Shown: positions 9,207 through 19,247 of the stretch, piece by piece
How positions within the stretch are numbered: the first letter of the stretch is position 1
Layout: the number at the start of each line of letters is the position of its first letter
Virus record (IMG/VR): IMGVR_UViG_3300027710_000009
Direction: 5' to 3' (one strand)
From: a virus
Lineage: Duplodnaviria; Heunggongvirae; Uroviricota; Caudoviricetes
DNA length: 64,000 bases
Notes under the pieces: generated by a model
The model's database searches: none
What the model was told of the DNA's origin: nothing
The model's input: the letters and a program-made list of their open reading frames with translations, nothing else
Made by a program: the position numbers and the translations under genes

Positions 9207-9505
9207 TGGCCACCTATGGTAAAAACAGTCCCTACTATAACACTCCGCAGTATGGTACTTTCCTAGACATACTTGAAAAACGTTCTATTCCTTTTAGAAA
9301 AGACGACACAATATATGTGATTGAACGTGCATATCAATATCGTCCTGATCTGCTGGCATATGATTTATATGGTGATGCAGGCTTGTGGTGGGTGTTTATC
9401 GTGCGCAACCCAAATATCATCACAGATCCAATTGGCGATTTTGTGCCCGGGCTTTCAATCAGACTGCCCAAGCAACAGGATTTGATCACAGCATTGGGAT
9501 TGTAA
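9206..9505 (+). CDS. Baseplate wedge protein, LysM-like (gp53-like)
   Basis: YQYRPDLLAYDLYGDAGLWWVF...N...DPI.DF.PG..I.LP. Confidence 0.8.
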   Translation: MATYGKNSPYYNTPQYGTFLDILEKRSIPFRKDDTIYVIERAYQYRPDLLAYDLYGDAGLWWVFIVRNPNIITDPIGDFVPGLSIRLPKQQDLITALGL

Positions 9506-9509
9506 GTCA

Positions 9510-12500
9510 ATGTCTAATCGTAAATTTTTCAAAGACCTCACACCGGGTGAACTACAATATCTCCGGAGCAATGCTGCCGCGATAGGACTATCAGATCCAA
9601 CTATTCTATTACGACGTGATGATGGTACAACTAAATTTGATGAATATCTCAGTCCGCAACAGAGAGACAATCTTTTTAATCTGTTGGATCGACCATCTGT
9701 TCGAGAAGCTACCATCAGATTTGATCAGGCCTGGAACAATGTCCCCACACTAGATCGCGGAAATCTTACCAATGCTGATCTCAACATCAGTATTGCCAAT
9801 GGTGGTGTTTTTGTAGCACCAACAGTGTTGACTGCAGATCAAGCTCGAGCACGAGGCATTGCAGGCTATGATGCCATAAAAGAAGTTGTAACATCAAGGC
9901 CACCTGTGGCCAGCGTTGAAGTGACCGCAGCCGTATCACGGTCTGGTGATTATTTTAGATTGTCACAAAAACAAACTATTGCCGAACAAAGTGCCGCAGA
10001 AACTGCAATACGCGGTCGCAATGGTGGTGCGCCAGTTACTGGTGTACGTACTGATGCCACCACGGGTGTTGTAACTGTTAGAGATAACAAAGGTGATCAG
10101 TATGTTCTAAATCGAGACGAGCAAGAAGTGTTTGTCAAGCAGAGACAAACGCAGTTTTCTGTTGTGGAACAAGAAGAAAACGAACTACGATATTTTAGAA
10201 GCTGGGCCGAAGAACGAGGTGTTGATCGAGCAGAAATAGATGCTGCTTTTAATTACAGAGTACTGAATCCCGCCACTAACACCTTACAGTTGCCAACAAC
10301 AGTCAATTCAGATTTTCAAAATCACCTGGCAGAATACAAAGCCGCAAACGGTCGTTTGCCTTTTGCTACACCTGCAACAAATCTTGAACAATTTGGAATA
10401 GTGTCTCAGCAAACCCTTATTGCAGAAGCAGATAGCAGGAGCAGACCACCAGGCAGTGGTGCTGGCGACAAACTTGAATCAACAAACAGTGTGGACACTG
10501 CTGTAACGCTGACCGAAGCTGAACGTGCTCGCTTGGCTGCAAACGCTGCCAATGATTCTCTAAAACGTGAAATAATCACAAACGGAACAGCACCAGTGGT
10601 TGCTCCCACAAAGGTTGTTTCATCGCAATCGGCTGTGGTTGAGGTAACAGCCGACAGTAGCGTTGCCGCAAATAGCGTTCAAGTTGACGGATCAGGTACA
10701 ATCAAGACAACAACAGATTCAGCTGGTAATGCGGGCAATAACACAGCGGCAATACAAAACAATCCACTGGACGAATACGAAAGTTATACCTATGGAATTG
10801 CATTGCATGTGCTAAAAAAAGATGAATACGACAGACTAGCACAAAATTCCAAACAATGGACTCCGCAACACACCCTGATTGCCAGCGCCGGTCGTTGGAA
10901 TGAGTCAGGGGATCCCGACAACTCAAGCTATACTGGCGGCAATTTCAAAAGAGCAAAAGGTTGGGAAGATAACTTTTATTTTGACAACTTAAAAATGACT
11001 CAGTTGCAGTCGCCCAGTATTATTGGACGCGGAACCAACACACTGGACATGGAATTTACCATTATTGAACCATATGGGTTAACACTGTTGGATCGCATGA
11101 TACGAACTGCAAATGACCTCAAACAATCAAGTTACATGCACCTGTGCTACATGTTGCAGATAGATTTTTTTGATTCAGTAAAAGGTCTACTGATTGATCA
11201 TAGAAAATACATACCAATACAACTAATTGGTATGAATATTAAAGTAAGTGGGAAAGGCTCACAGTATGTTGTCAATGCCGCACCGTTTCATCACAAGGCA
11301 TTGATGAACACAATTACTACCACACCGCAACACATGGATGTGATGTCTGGAACTCTTCGTGAAGTTTTTGCCGACACCAATGCCAGCAGTGAGTCGGCAG
11401 GCGGCGAAGCAGCCACCATCAACTTTAGAGAACAACAAGATAATACTGGTCCTAGTAATACCTCGTCTTACACTGGTACCGGTAATGCTAATGGAACAAG
11501 GGTAGCAACTGCTGAAGGAAATCCCAGCGACAAAGTATACCAAGTAAACAGTTATGTTGCAATGTACAACGGCTGGTGGAAAAAAATGAAAGAGCTAAAT
11601 GCAACTGATCCCCAGTGGGAACCACAGAATATAAAAGTTAGGTTCGCAGACGAAATTATCAAATTTGAAAAACTTACTAAACCAGCAAACGCGGTAGTTG
11701 CTAAAGGCCCAATGGCCAGGTCTGATGCCAAGCAAGGTGTTGCTGTGCCTGAAACTACTAAATTTGAAGGGTTTCATTTCAAAGCAGGATCTAACATTAT
11801 TGAAGTAATTAATACTGTCATGCTGTCAAGTGAATACATTCGCAGGCAGGTGTTGATATCCAACAAAAACGAAAGCAAGACAGGTCCTATACTCAACACA
11901 GTAGACTGGTGGAAAGTTTTGCCACAGGTGAAACTAAATGGGTTTGACAACGTGCTCAATCGCTGGAGCTATTCTATAACGTATTTTGTTGTACCTTATA
12001 CAGTCTGGAATACTAAACATCCTAATTTGCCCAAAAAAAGTCCTGTTCGCGCCAACTGTGTAAAACAATACAATTATCTCTACACAGGTGATAATAGATC
12101 AGTTATTGATTTTCAGGTTGAATTTGACATGTTGTATTTTACTACCGTGGCAGGACTCAAACAATACAATATTGATAATACTGGTCGTAAAGAATCTGGT
12201 GGCAAAGAAGGCGCAGATCAAACTAACCCTCAAATAATTTCAGACTCTCGCGGAGCCAACAGCAACACTCTCACACCAGTCACACACAATCTAATACCAC
12301 ATGATGCTAGAAATGCAGGCAACAATCTTCAGCAGGATCCTATAGCAGTGGCGCTGGGCACAATACAAGACAGTATCTACAGTGGTCCCAATGGGGAGAT
12401 GCTGACAGTTAATATGAAAATCATTGGAGATCCGACATTGGTCAAACAAGATGATTTGTTTATTAACATTGGTGAATACTATGATCCAAACGGCAGAAGT

Positions 12501-13064
12501 CAAAGTTCAGATGGTATAAAACTAAACAGTTCAAATCTTAAAGATGCTTCTCTAAATAATAATAGTATTATTACAGATGCAGGCGAAGTGCTTGCATGGG
12601 TGCAAGTTCTTGTGCCACCCGATATTGATGAAAACACTGGCGGCCTACGGCTTGGCGCCAGCGCAAGTAGCGTAAACAGTTTTACTGGTGTTTATAAAAT
12701 CATGGAAGTGCAAAATGAATTCAGTCAAGGTAAATTTGTACAAACACTGATTCTCATACGTTACCAAGAACAAGAAGCTGACAAGGCCTATAGAGACGCA
12801 TTGGCTGCGGAAAGTCAAAGAACAACTGGCGCTGGATCAAATGATCAATCCAATCTTGCAAGAAGTTCAGACACTGTAGCTGATGCAGTTAGTTCTGTAG
12901 TTTCCGTAGATCAATCATCACAGGTGGCAACTTTGTCAAATGGCACAAATGAAGAGCCAACTATTCCACAACCAACATCAGTAAATCAGCCACCAACGCA
13001 ACTTGCTCTATTGAACACAGGCGACTTTCCTGAGTCAGTGATAGAACAAACAGATCTAGCTTAA
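9510..13064 (+). CDS. Putative baseplate hub/tail protein with long N-terminal extension
   Basis: Lies between gp53-like and gp5-like genes; NPLDEYESYTY, FTIIEPYG, YNYLYTGDN, MKIIGDP and FTGVYKIMEVQNEFSQGKFVQTL hub-like segments. Confidence 0.55.
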   Translation: MSNRKFFKDLTPGELQYLRSNAAAIGLSDPTILLRRDDGTTKFDEYLSPQQRDNLFNLLDRPSVREATIRFDQAWNNVPTLDRGNLTNADLNISIANGGVFVAPTVLTADQARARGIAGYDAIKEVVTSRPPVASVEVTAAVSRSGDYFRLSQKQTIAEQSAAETAIRGRNGGAPVTGVRTDATTGVVTVRDNKGDQYVLNRDEQEVFVKQRQTQFSVVEQEENELRYFRSWAEERGVDRAEIDAAFNYRVLNPATNTLQLPTTVNSDFQNHLAEYKAANGRLPFATPATNLEQFGIVSQQTLIAEADSRSRPPGSGAGDKLESTNSVDTAVTLTEAERARLAANAANDSLKREIITNGTAPVVAPTKVVSSQSAVVEVTADSSVAANSVQVDGSGTIKTTTDSAGNAGNNTAAIQNNPLDEYESYTYGIALHVLKKDEYDRLAQNSKQWTPQHTLIASAGRWNESGDPDNSSYTGGNFKRAKGWEDNFYFDNLKMTQLQSPSIIGRGTNTLDMEFTIIEPYGLTLLDRMIRTANDLKQSSYMHLCYMLQIDFFDSVKGLLIDHRKYIPIQLIGMNIKVSGKGSQYVVNAAPFHHKALMNTITTTPQHMDVMSGTLREVFADTNASSESAGGEAATINFREQQDNTGPSNTSSYTGTGNANGTRVATAEGNPSDKVYQVNSYVAMYNGWWKKMKELNATDPQWEPQNIKVRFADEIIKFEKLTKPANAVVAKGPMARSDAKQGVAVPETTKFEGFHFKAGSNIIEVINTVMLSSEYIRRQVLISNKNESKTGPILNTVDWWKVLPQVKLNGFDNVLNRWSYSITYFVVPYTVWNTKHPNLPKKSPVRANCVKQYNYLYTGDNRSVIDFQVEFDMLYFTTVAGLKQYNIDNTGRKESGGKEGADQTNPQIISDSRGANSNTLTPVTHNLIPHDARNAGNNLQQDPIAVALGTIQDSIYSGPNGEMLTVNMKIIGDPTLVKQDDLFINIGEYYDPNGRSQSSDGIKLNSSNLKDASLNNNSIITDAGEVLAWVQVLVPPDIDENTGGLRLGASASSVNSFTGVYKIMEVQNEFSQGKFVQTLILIRYQEQEADKAYRDALAAESQRTTGAGSNDQSNLARSSDTVADAVSSVVSVDQSSQVATLSNGTNEEPTIPQPTSVNQPPTQLALLNTGDFPESVIEQTDLA

Positions 13065-13077
13065 CTCAAGGTAAAAA

Positions 13078-15270
13078 ATGTCAGACAAATTATTTGGAAA
13101 AGCACCACCAAAAGAATTTGATAGAAATCAAAGCAGTACTCCTGTGGACACAGGAACCTATATTGGTGTAGTAAAAAATGTAAATGATCCCAAACGCAAT
13201 GGACGATTGAGTGTGTGGGTGCCAGAACTAGGTGGCGCTGAAAATGATTCAAAAAGCTGGATCACAGTACGTTATGCCAGTCCTTTTTTGGGCAGTACAG
13301 ACAATCCCGGAGTACCAGGAAAATACAACAAGGACAACACCTATAGAAGCAGTAGTCAAACCTACGGATTCTGGGCAGTGCCGCCAGACGTTGGCAATCA
13401 AGTGTTGATAACTTTTGTTAATGGTCAGCGCGACAAAGGCTTTTGGTTTGCTTGTGTGTTTGATAGAGATGGTCATCACATGGTTCCTGGCAATCCAGGT
13501 GGCGCACCCGGTAAGGATTTTGACGCATCCAGTGTGTCCGATCCTGATCTCAAAAGCATTATTAATTCTACCAAGGGCGATGTTAATACTCCACTAAGCG
13601 AAACCAATCAATACGCTTCCAGTGACAATCCGTTGTTGTATCGAAAGAAAACTGTGCATGAGGTACAGGCATTTACCTACATCAATCAAGGACTTGACAG
13701 AGACATCACACGAGGTCCTGGTAGAAGCAGCAGTCAACGAGATATGCCTAGCAATGTTTATGGGTGGAGCACCCCGGGCCGAGGAAAGAATGATCCTGGC
13801 AAAGGTGACGGCGATGCAACCAAGCCCATATATGAACGCAAAGGTGGACACACGTTTGTAATGGATGATGGCGACTTTTACGGACAAAATCAACAGATAC
13901 GTTTGCGCAGTTCTACTGGGCATCAAATACTCATGGACGACACCACTGGCGTCATGCACATTATAAATGCAGCCGGCAGTTCGTGGGTTGAAATGACACC
14001 AAGCGGACACATAAGCGTGTACGCCGGCGGCGGAATAAATTTACGGTCTCGTGGAGATTTTAATATTCACAGTGACAGTTATGTAAAAATATATGGTGAT
14101 GCCGGAATTCAAATGTACACCGACGGAAAGTTTATTATTGAAGGCAAAAAAGAAGTTGGTATTACCGGCGGTGGTTCTCTTACACTTCATGGCTATCAAA
14201 AACTTGCAATGTTCAGTCAAAATGGGCCAGTACAAATTGATGCTTCGGGAAAAGTTACAATCAAAGGCAAAGGAGAAGTCTTGGTTGATTCTGGTAAAGA
14301 GGTAGCTTTACAAACCGGTACAACACCAGCTCCTCCTAAGGCAACAGAAGGTATTAGCATTTATGATCACGACGACACATTCAACAATGGTCGTGGATGG
14401 AACAGCATCAAACGAAGCAGTAAAAGCATTGTGTCAATATTCCCAACACATGAACCCTGGAATCGTGCTGGGTACGATGCAATATCTGGGGCACCAGTTC
14501 AAATTGACAAACAGCCTATTCCTGCACAGACCTATGTGGGCGGCGAAGCATCGTCTAGTAGAAACGTAATTGGAAATATACCTCGTGTGGGCACTCCGTT
14601 GCCGGCAGACTTTTTGAGCAAGTTTCCAGGCGTTGATCGAGCAATACTGGAAAATATTGGTCTTGATCTTTTGCCCAAAACAAATAGTTTTACCGCACTG
14701 ACTGCTCCTCGCGCTAGCCAGGCTATTGGTACACTGAATGTTGAACAAATGAGTTCTGCATTGATTGGTATAGCATTCACCGAAACACGTGGCGATTCAG
14801 CCAGGGATGGTAGTGATTATCAAGTGATTAATCCCAGCACACGACAACTAGGCCGCTACCAACACAGTCCGCAAACCCTGGAAACTCTTGGATACATCAA
14901 AGCAGGAAGTACATCGTTATACGGCTCACAAGCAGTGGACAGGTCAGATGTCTGGACTTCTCGTGCTCGCAGTGAAGGAGTGACCACTGGCAGAGATTAT
15001 TTACAAAGTCCAGGACTACAAGAAAAAGCACAAATGGAATATATGAATCTTGCACACAAAACAATGACTGCGTCAGGTGTGATCACCGCCACTAGTCCTC
15101 CGGAACATGTAGCAGGCATGTTGTCTGTAGCGCAAGCAATTGGACCAACAAATGCAGTAAAATGGGCACGAGGTGATTCTAGCGTGACAGATAGAAACCC
15201 AAGCGGAGTTACCGCAACCAGTTATTATGCAGTCGGGCGCAACTCTATTCTAAGCAACTACAAGTACTAA
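13078..15270 (+). CDS. gp5: Baseplate spike gp5/VgrG-like protein with C-terminal lysozyme-like domain
   Basis: OB-fold GVVKNVNDPKRNGRLSVWVP and PPDVGNQVLITF; GHTFVMDD/GHQILMDD beta-helix repeats; PTHEPW; C-terminal FTE...LGRYQ lysozyme-like region. Confidence 0.8.
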   Translation: MSDKLFGKAPPKEFDRNQSSTPVDTGTYIGVVKNVNDPKRNGRLSVWVPELGGAENDSKSWITVRYASPFLGSTDNPGVPGKYNKDNTYRSSSQTYGFWAVPPDVGNQVLITFVNGQRDKGFWFACVFDRDGHHMVPGNPGGAPGKDFDASSVSDPDLKSIINSTKGDVNTPLSETNQYASSDNPLLYRKKTVHEVQAFTYINQGLDRDITRGPGRSSSQRDMPSNVYGWSTPGRGKNDPGKGDGDATKPIYERKGGHTFVMDDGDFYGQNQQIRLRSSTGHQILMDDTTGVMHIINAAGSSWVEMTPSGHISVYAGGGINLRSRGDFNIHSDSYVKIYGDAGIQMYTDGKFIIEGKKEVGITGGGSLTLHGYQKLAMFSQNGPVQIDASGKVTIKGKGEVLVDSGKEVALQTGTTPAPPKATEGISIYDHDDTFNNGRGWNSIKRSSKSIVSIFPTHEPWNRAGYDAISGAPVQIDKQPIPAQTYVGGEASSSRNVIGNIPRVGTPLPADFLSKFPGVDRAILENIGLDLLPKTNSFTALTAPRASQAIGTLNVEQMSSALIGIAFTETRGDSARDGSDYQVINPSTRQLGRYQHSPQTLETLGYIKAGSTSLYGSQAVDRSDVWTSRARSEGVTTGRDYLQSPGLQEKAQMEYMNLAHKTMTASGVITATSPPEHVAGMLSVAQAIGPTNAVKWARGDSSVTDRNPSGVTATSYYAVGRNSILSNYKY

Positions 15271-15279
15271 GGAGCAAAC

Positions 15280-15657
15280 ATGACAGTATTCAAAGGATTT
15301 AGCACTTACAATCGTACCAAGCGATACACACTGACTGACTTTGATTTGGTCAAACAAGATATCTTTAATCATTTCAACATTCGCAAAGGCGAAAAGCTCA
15401 TGCGTCCTGAATTTGGCACAAGCCTGTGGGATTTATTGTTTGAGCCTTTTGGCAACGAAATATCTTCAGCAATTGAACAAGAAGTTAGACAAATTGTTTC
15501 CGTTGACCCTCGTGTGCGCCTAGAAAAAGTCATTGTTGACACCTATGACAACGGCATCAATATAGCAATTAGCCTGGTGTTTGTACCGTTGAACCTTGGA
15601 GATGTTCTTTATTTGAAGTTTGATTTAGAAAACAAAGCTGTTAGCCTAGCCCAATAA
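15280..15657 (+). CDS. gp25: Baseplate wedge subunit gp25-like
   Basis: NHFNIRKGEKLMRPEFGTSLWDLLFEP...DPRV. Confidence 0.9.
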   Translation: MTVFKGFSTYNRTKRYTLTDFDLVKQDIFNHFNIRKGEKLMRPEFGTSLWDLLFEPFGNEISSAIEQEVRQIVSVDPRVRLEKVIVDTYDNGINIAISLVFVPLNLGDVLYLKFDLENKAVSLAQ

Positions 15658-15678
15658 AGTACCAGATTTACTCAACGG

Positions 15679-15684
15679 TAAATA
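15679..15684 (+). promoter_or_regulatory. T4-type late promoter (TAAATA)
   Basis: Intergenic TAAATA 20 nt before the gp6-like ATG; AGGA SD follows. Confidence 0.6.
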
Positions 15685-15704
15685 CACAATACAGGAATTA
15701 ACAG

Positions 15705-18700
15705 ATGGCCGCCACGACAAGACAAACTAACCTGCTGGTGCAACAGGATTGGAAAAAAGTATATCAGAGTTTCCAGAACGCTGATTTCCAAAGCTATGAT
15801 TTTGAAACATTGCGCAAGACAATGATTGACTACTTGCGCACGTACTATCCTGAAGATTTCAACGACTTTATTGAATCCAGTGAATACATAGCCCTGATTG
15901 ACTTGATTGCGTTTTTAGGGCAGAGTCTTGCATTCCGTGCTGATCTAAATGCTAGGGAAAACTTTATTGACACAGCAGAGCGCCGTGACAGTGTGTTGAA
16001 ACTGGCTCGTTTGGTAAGTTATGTACCTAAGAGAAATGTAAGTTCCAGTGGTTTGTTGCGCATTGAAGCAATCAGCACCACAGAAGACATTGTGGACAGC
16101 AACGGAATAAACCTTGCAAACTTCCCAATCAACTGGAATGATCCTGGCAACGACAACTGGCTTGAACAGTTTAATCTGTTGCTAAACTCCGCTTTGGTAG
16201 ATAGTCAGGTGGTTGGAAATCCTGGAAACAATCAAATAATTGGCGGCATTGCCACAGACGAATACAGTCTCAACATATTAAACAATGTGATTCCTACTTT
16301 TAATTTTGAAAGTCAGGTCAATGGTACTGTGATGCGCTTTGAAGTAGTAAGCCCTACCAGCGTGAATCAAGAATATTTGTACGAAGCAGAGCCAAGACCA
16401 CGCAGTTTGTTTAACTTGTTGTATCGCAATGATAACCTAGGAAACGACAGCACCAACAGCGGCTGGTTCTTGCACTTCAAGCAAGGTGAACTACGTAACT
16501 TAGACTTTACACTGGATCAAAAACTGCCCAACCGGGTGGTCAACGTGCAAGTTGACAACATCAACAATGATGATGTTTGGTTGTACCAATTGGACGATGC
16601 AGGCAATTACACACAGCTATGGGAAAAAGTAGACAGCGTAAATGGAGTCAACGTGGTATACAATACCAGCGCCACTCGCACATTGTATCAGGTCAACACA
16701 CGTGTTGGCGATCAAATTGATCTAGTGTTTGGCGATGGTGCATTTGCAGATATTCCAAGTGGAAGATTCCGTTTGTTTTATCGAGTAAGCAATGCACTAG
16801 ACTACAAAATTTCTCCAAGCGAAATGCAAAACATATTGATTCCCTTTACCTATGTGAGTCGTCAGAATCGCAGTGAATCGCTGACCGTACGTGCTAGTTT
16901 GTACTATACGGTAAACAATGCCAGTGGTCGCGAATCTCTAGCAGAAATTAAAAACAAAGCACCACAGCAGTACTACACACAAAATCGCATGATAACTGGC
17001 GAGGACTACAACATCCTGCCATTTACAAAATTTAATAGTATTCTTAAAATAAAGAGTACCAATCGTTCTAGTTCTGGTATCAGTCGTTATTTGGACACAG
17101 TTGACGTAACTGGAAAATATTCCAGCACCAATATCTTTGCTGAAGACGGTATTTTATATCGTAACGAAACCATTGACAGCGTGGAATTTATTCCACGCAC
17201 CAGCGGTGATATTATTGGACAAATCAATGAGGTATTGAACAACCAACTGTTGGTTGATAACTACGTGGCATTTAGTCAGTTTATCTATGCCAAGCTACGC
17301 AGATTCACCACAACTGACGTTGAAATCAACGGCAGTATCTTTACGTCAGCCTGGCAGCAAATGACAGTGAGCACCAATCAAAGCACAGGATTTCTAACGT
17401 TGAATTCATCGTACCTTGCTACAATTAATCCTGCCACTGGCAATCAGTCTGCAAATACTCTTGCACTGCCTGCACTCAAAGTAGGACAAGCCAGCTCCAA
17501 TAGTCTACGTTATGTCAAGCCTGGATCAATTATCAAGTTCCGTGCCAGTGGTAGTAATTCTCTTGTGGCCAAGTATTTCAACGCGGCAAATGAAATAGTC
17601 ACTGGCTTTCCAAGCGTAACAGGTGACAAGTTATTTTTGTATGCCACTGTTGTCAACGTTGCTGGTGACGGCACTGGCAACGGCGTGCTAACAGTCAGTG
17701 ACAGCGGTCCAATTACATTGAGTACCTTTGTGCCAACTGGTGCATACATTGAGGAAATTATTCCTAAGATATATAATATTATTCCGCAAGATGTTTTGCG
17801 TAGTGCAGTGACATTGATTTCTAGTAAGAAAAACTTTGGACTCAGACTTGACCAAGTGCTAGGCACCTGGAATATTATACAACCACAGAACTTAAAGTTA
17901 AAACAGGATGACTCAGTGCTGATTAATACTGATGGATACACCGCTGAATATTCAGATACCAATTCTGGTGATGTGTCTAGCGCAAGTCTTGACAGTTCGT
18001 GGATCATTTCGTTCGTGAGTGGAACTTTTGGTTACAATATCTATTATCGCCAAATCAATTATATTTTTGAAAGTGCGCAGGAAACTAAATTTTATTTTGA
18101 TCCCAGGGTGCGTGTGTACGACAGCAAGAGTGCAACCACATTGAGCGATCAAATCAAAGTGCTTCGTTCTAATAGTGTGCCTGATGGTAACACAGCGTTG
18201 TACGAAGACAAAACTTGGTTTATTTACAAGATGATTGTGGATCCAGATGGTCGTGAAAACACCAGTAAGATTCTAGTTAAATTTGCAGACAGCAACAGAG
18301 ACGGCGTACCCGACAACCCAGACATTTTTGAAGAGTTGGTAAATCCTGCGGTCAACCCAACCAACAAGTATGTGTACTTTGAACGCACTTTCAACACCAA
18401 CAGTTTTGTTCAATACAAACCAATTGACAGCATTTTGGTATCCACACTGTATGGATCGCAGGGCGAAATTGTGCAGGCTTATAATTTGTACGAAGATGGA
18501 CAAATTTTTTATGCCACTGACGAAAACAAATTCTATGATTTGACCGTGACTTCTGTTAGGGGAATTGAAACACGCAGTCTCACACAAAGCAACAACGGTG
18601 ACAAGTATCTTTGGTTGTTTGGCCGTACAAATGTGTATTTCCAATACCGCCATTTAAGCCCAGCCAATCGCAGAATTGATCCAAGCCCCAACAACATTGT

Positions 18701-19238
18701 GGACTTGTATATTCTAACCAAACAATATGCAGATGATTATTCAATTTGGATTAGAGACACCAGTGGTAAAATTGCTGAGCCTGAAAAAACTGATGTTGAA
18801 CAACTTCGTCTTGCATATGGAGAATTGGAAAATTTCAAAACTATCAGTGATACAATTATCTACAATCCTGCAAGATTCAAGCCAGTGTTTGGCGCCAAGG
18901 CAAACGAAAGCCTGCGGGCAAAGTTCAAAGTTGTAAAAAACAGTGAAGCTGTTATAAGTGACAACGACATAAAGGTAGCAGTAATTACTGCAATCAACAA
19001 GTATTTTGATACTGCCAACTGGGACTTTGGTGAAAGTTTTTATTTTAGTGAACTTAGCGCATATCTACATGCCGAGCTCAACACAAGGATTAGTAGTATT
19101 ATTATTGTTCCTAAAAACACACAACAAAGTTTTGGTAATCTTTATCAAATCAACGCAGAACCAGATGAAATTATTATCAGCTGTGCAACGCCGGATGACG
19201 TTGAAATTATCACAGCTATCACAGCAGTACAACTATAA
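15705..19238 (+). CDS. gp6: Baseplate wedge subunit gp6-like
   Basis: DFETLR, RENFIDTAERRDSVLKLA, LVFGDG, ESLAEIKNKAP...QNRMITGEDY and C-terminal WDFGESFYFSEL motifs. Confidence 0.85.
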   Translation: MAATTRQTNLLVQQDWKKVYQSFQNADFQSYDFETLRKTMIDYLRTYYPEDFNDFIESSEYIALIDLIAFLGQSLAFRADLNARENFIDTAERRDSVLKLARLVSYVPKRNVSSSGLLRIEAISTTEDIVDSNGINLANFPINWNDPGNDNWLEQFNLLLNSALVDSQVVGNPGNNQIIGGIATDEYSLNILNNVIPTFNFESQVNGTVMRFEVVSPTSVNQEYLYEAEPRPRSLFNLLYRNDNLGNDSTNSGWFLHFKQGELRNLDFTLDQKLPNRVVNVQVDNINNDDVWLYQLDDAGNYTQLWEKVDSVNGVNVVYNTSATRTLYQVNTRVGDQIDLVFGDGAFADIPSGRFRLFYRVSNALDYKISPSEMQNILIPFTYVSRQNRSESLTVRASLYYTVNNASGRESLAEIKNKAPQQYYTQNRMITGEDYNILPFTKFNSILKIKSTNRSSSGISRYLDTVDVTGKYSSTNIFAEDGILYRNETIDSVEFIPRTSGDIIGQINEVLNNQLLVDNYVAFSQFIYAKLRRFTTTDVEINGSIFTSAWQQMTVSTNQSTGFLTLNSSYLATINPATGNQSANTLALPALKVGQASSNSLRYVKPGSIIKFRASGSNSLVAKYFNAANEIVTGFPSVTGDKLFLYATVVNVAGDGTGNGVLTVSDSGPITLSTFVPTGAYIEEIIPKIYNIIPQDVLRSAVTLISSKKNFGLRLDQVLGTWNIIQPQNLKLKQDDSVLINTDGYTAEYSDTNSGDVSSASLDSSWIISFVSGTFGYNIYYRQINYIFESAQETKFYFDPRVRVYDSKSATTLSDQIKVLRSNSVPDGNTALYEDKTWFIYKMIVDPDGRENTSKILVKFADSNRDGVPDNPDIFEELVNPAVNPTNKYVYFERTFNTNSFVQYKPIDSILVSTLYGSQGEIVQAYNLYEDGQIFYATDENKFYDLTVTSVRGIETRSLTQSNNGDKYLWLFGRTNVYFQYRHLSPANRRIDPSPNNIVDLYILTKQYADDYSIWIRDTSGKIAEPEKTDVEQLRLAYGELENFKTISDTIIYNPARFKPVFGAKANESLRAKFKVVKNSEAVISDNDIKVAVITAINKYFDTANWDFGESFYFSELSAYLHAELNTRISSIIIVPKNTQQSFGNLYQINAEPDEIIISCATPDDVEIITAITAVQL

Positions 19239-19247
19239 AATGACCGT

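Noticed and set aside
8370-19238. Bacterial T6SS or extracellular contractile injection system locus
   Set aside because: The context (gp55, gp46/47, late promoters, fibres, thyA/frd) is a lytic myophage genome; no TssJLM or ClpV genes
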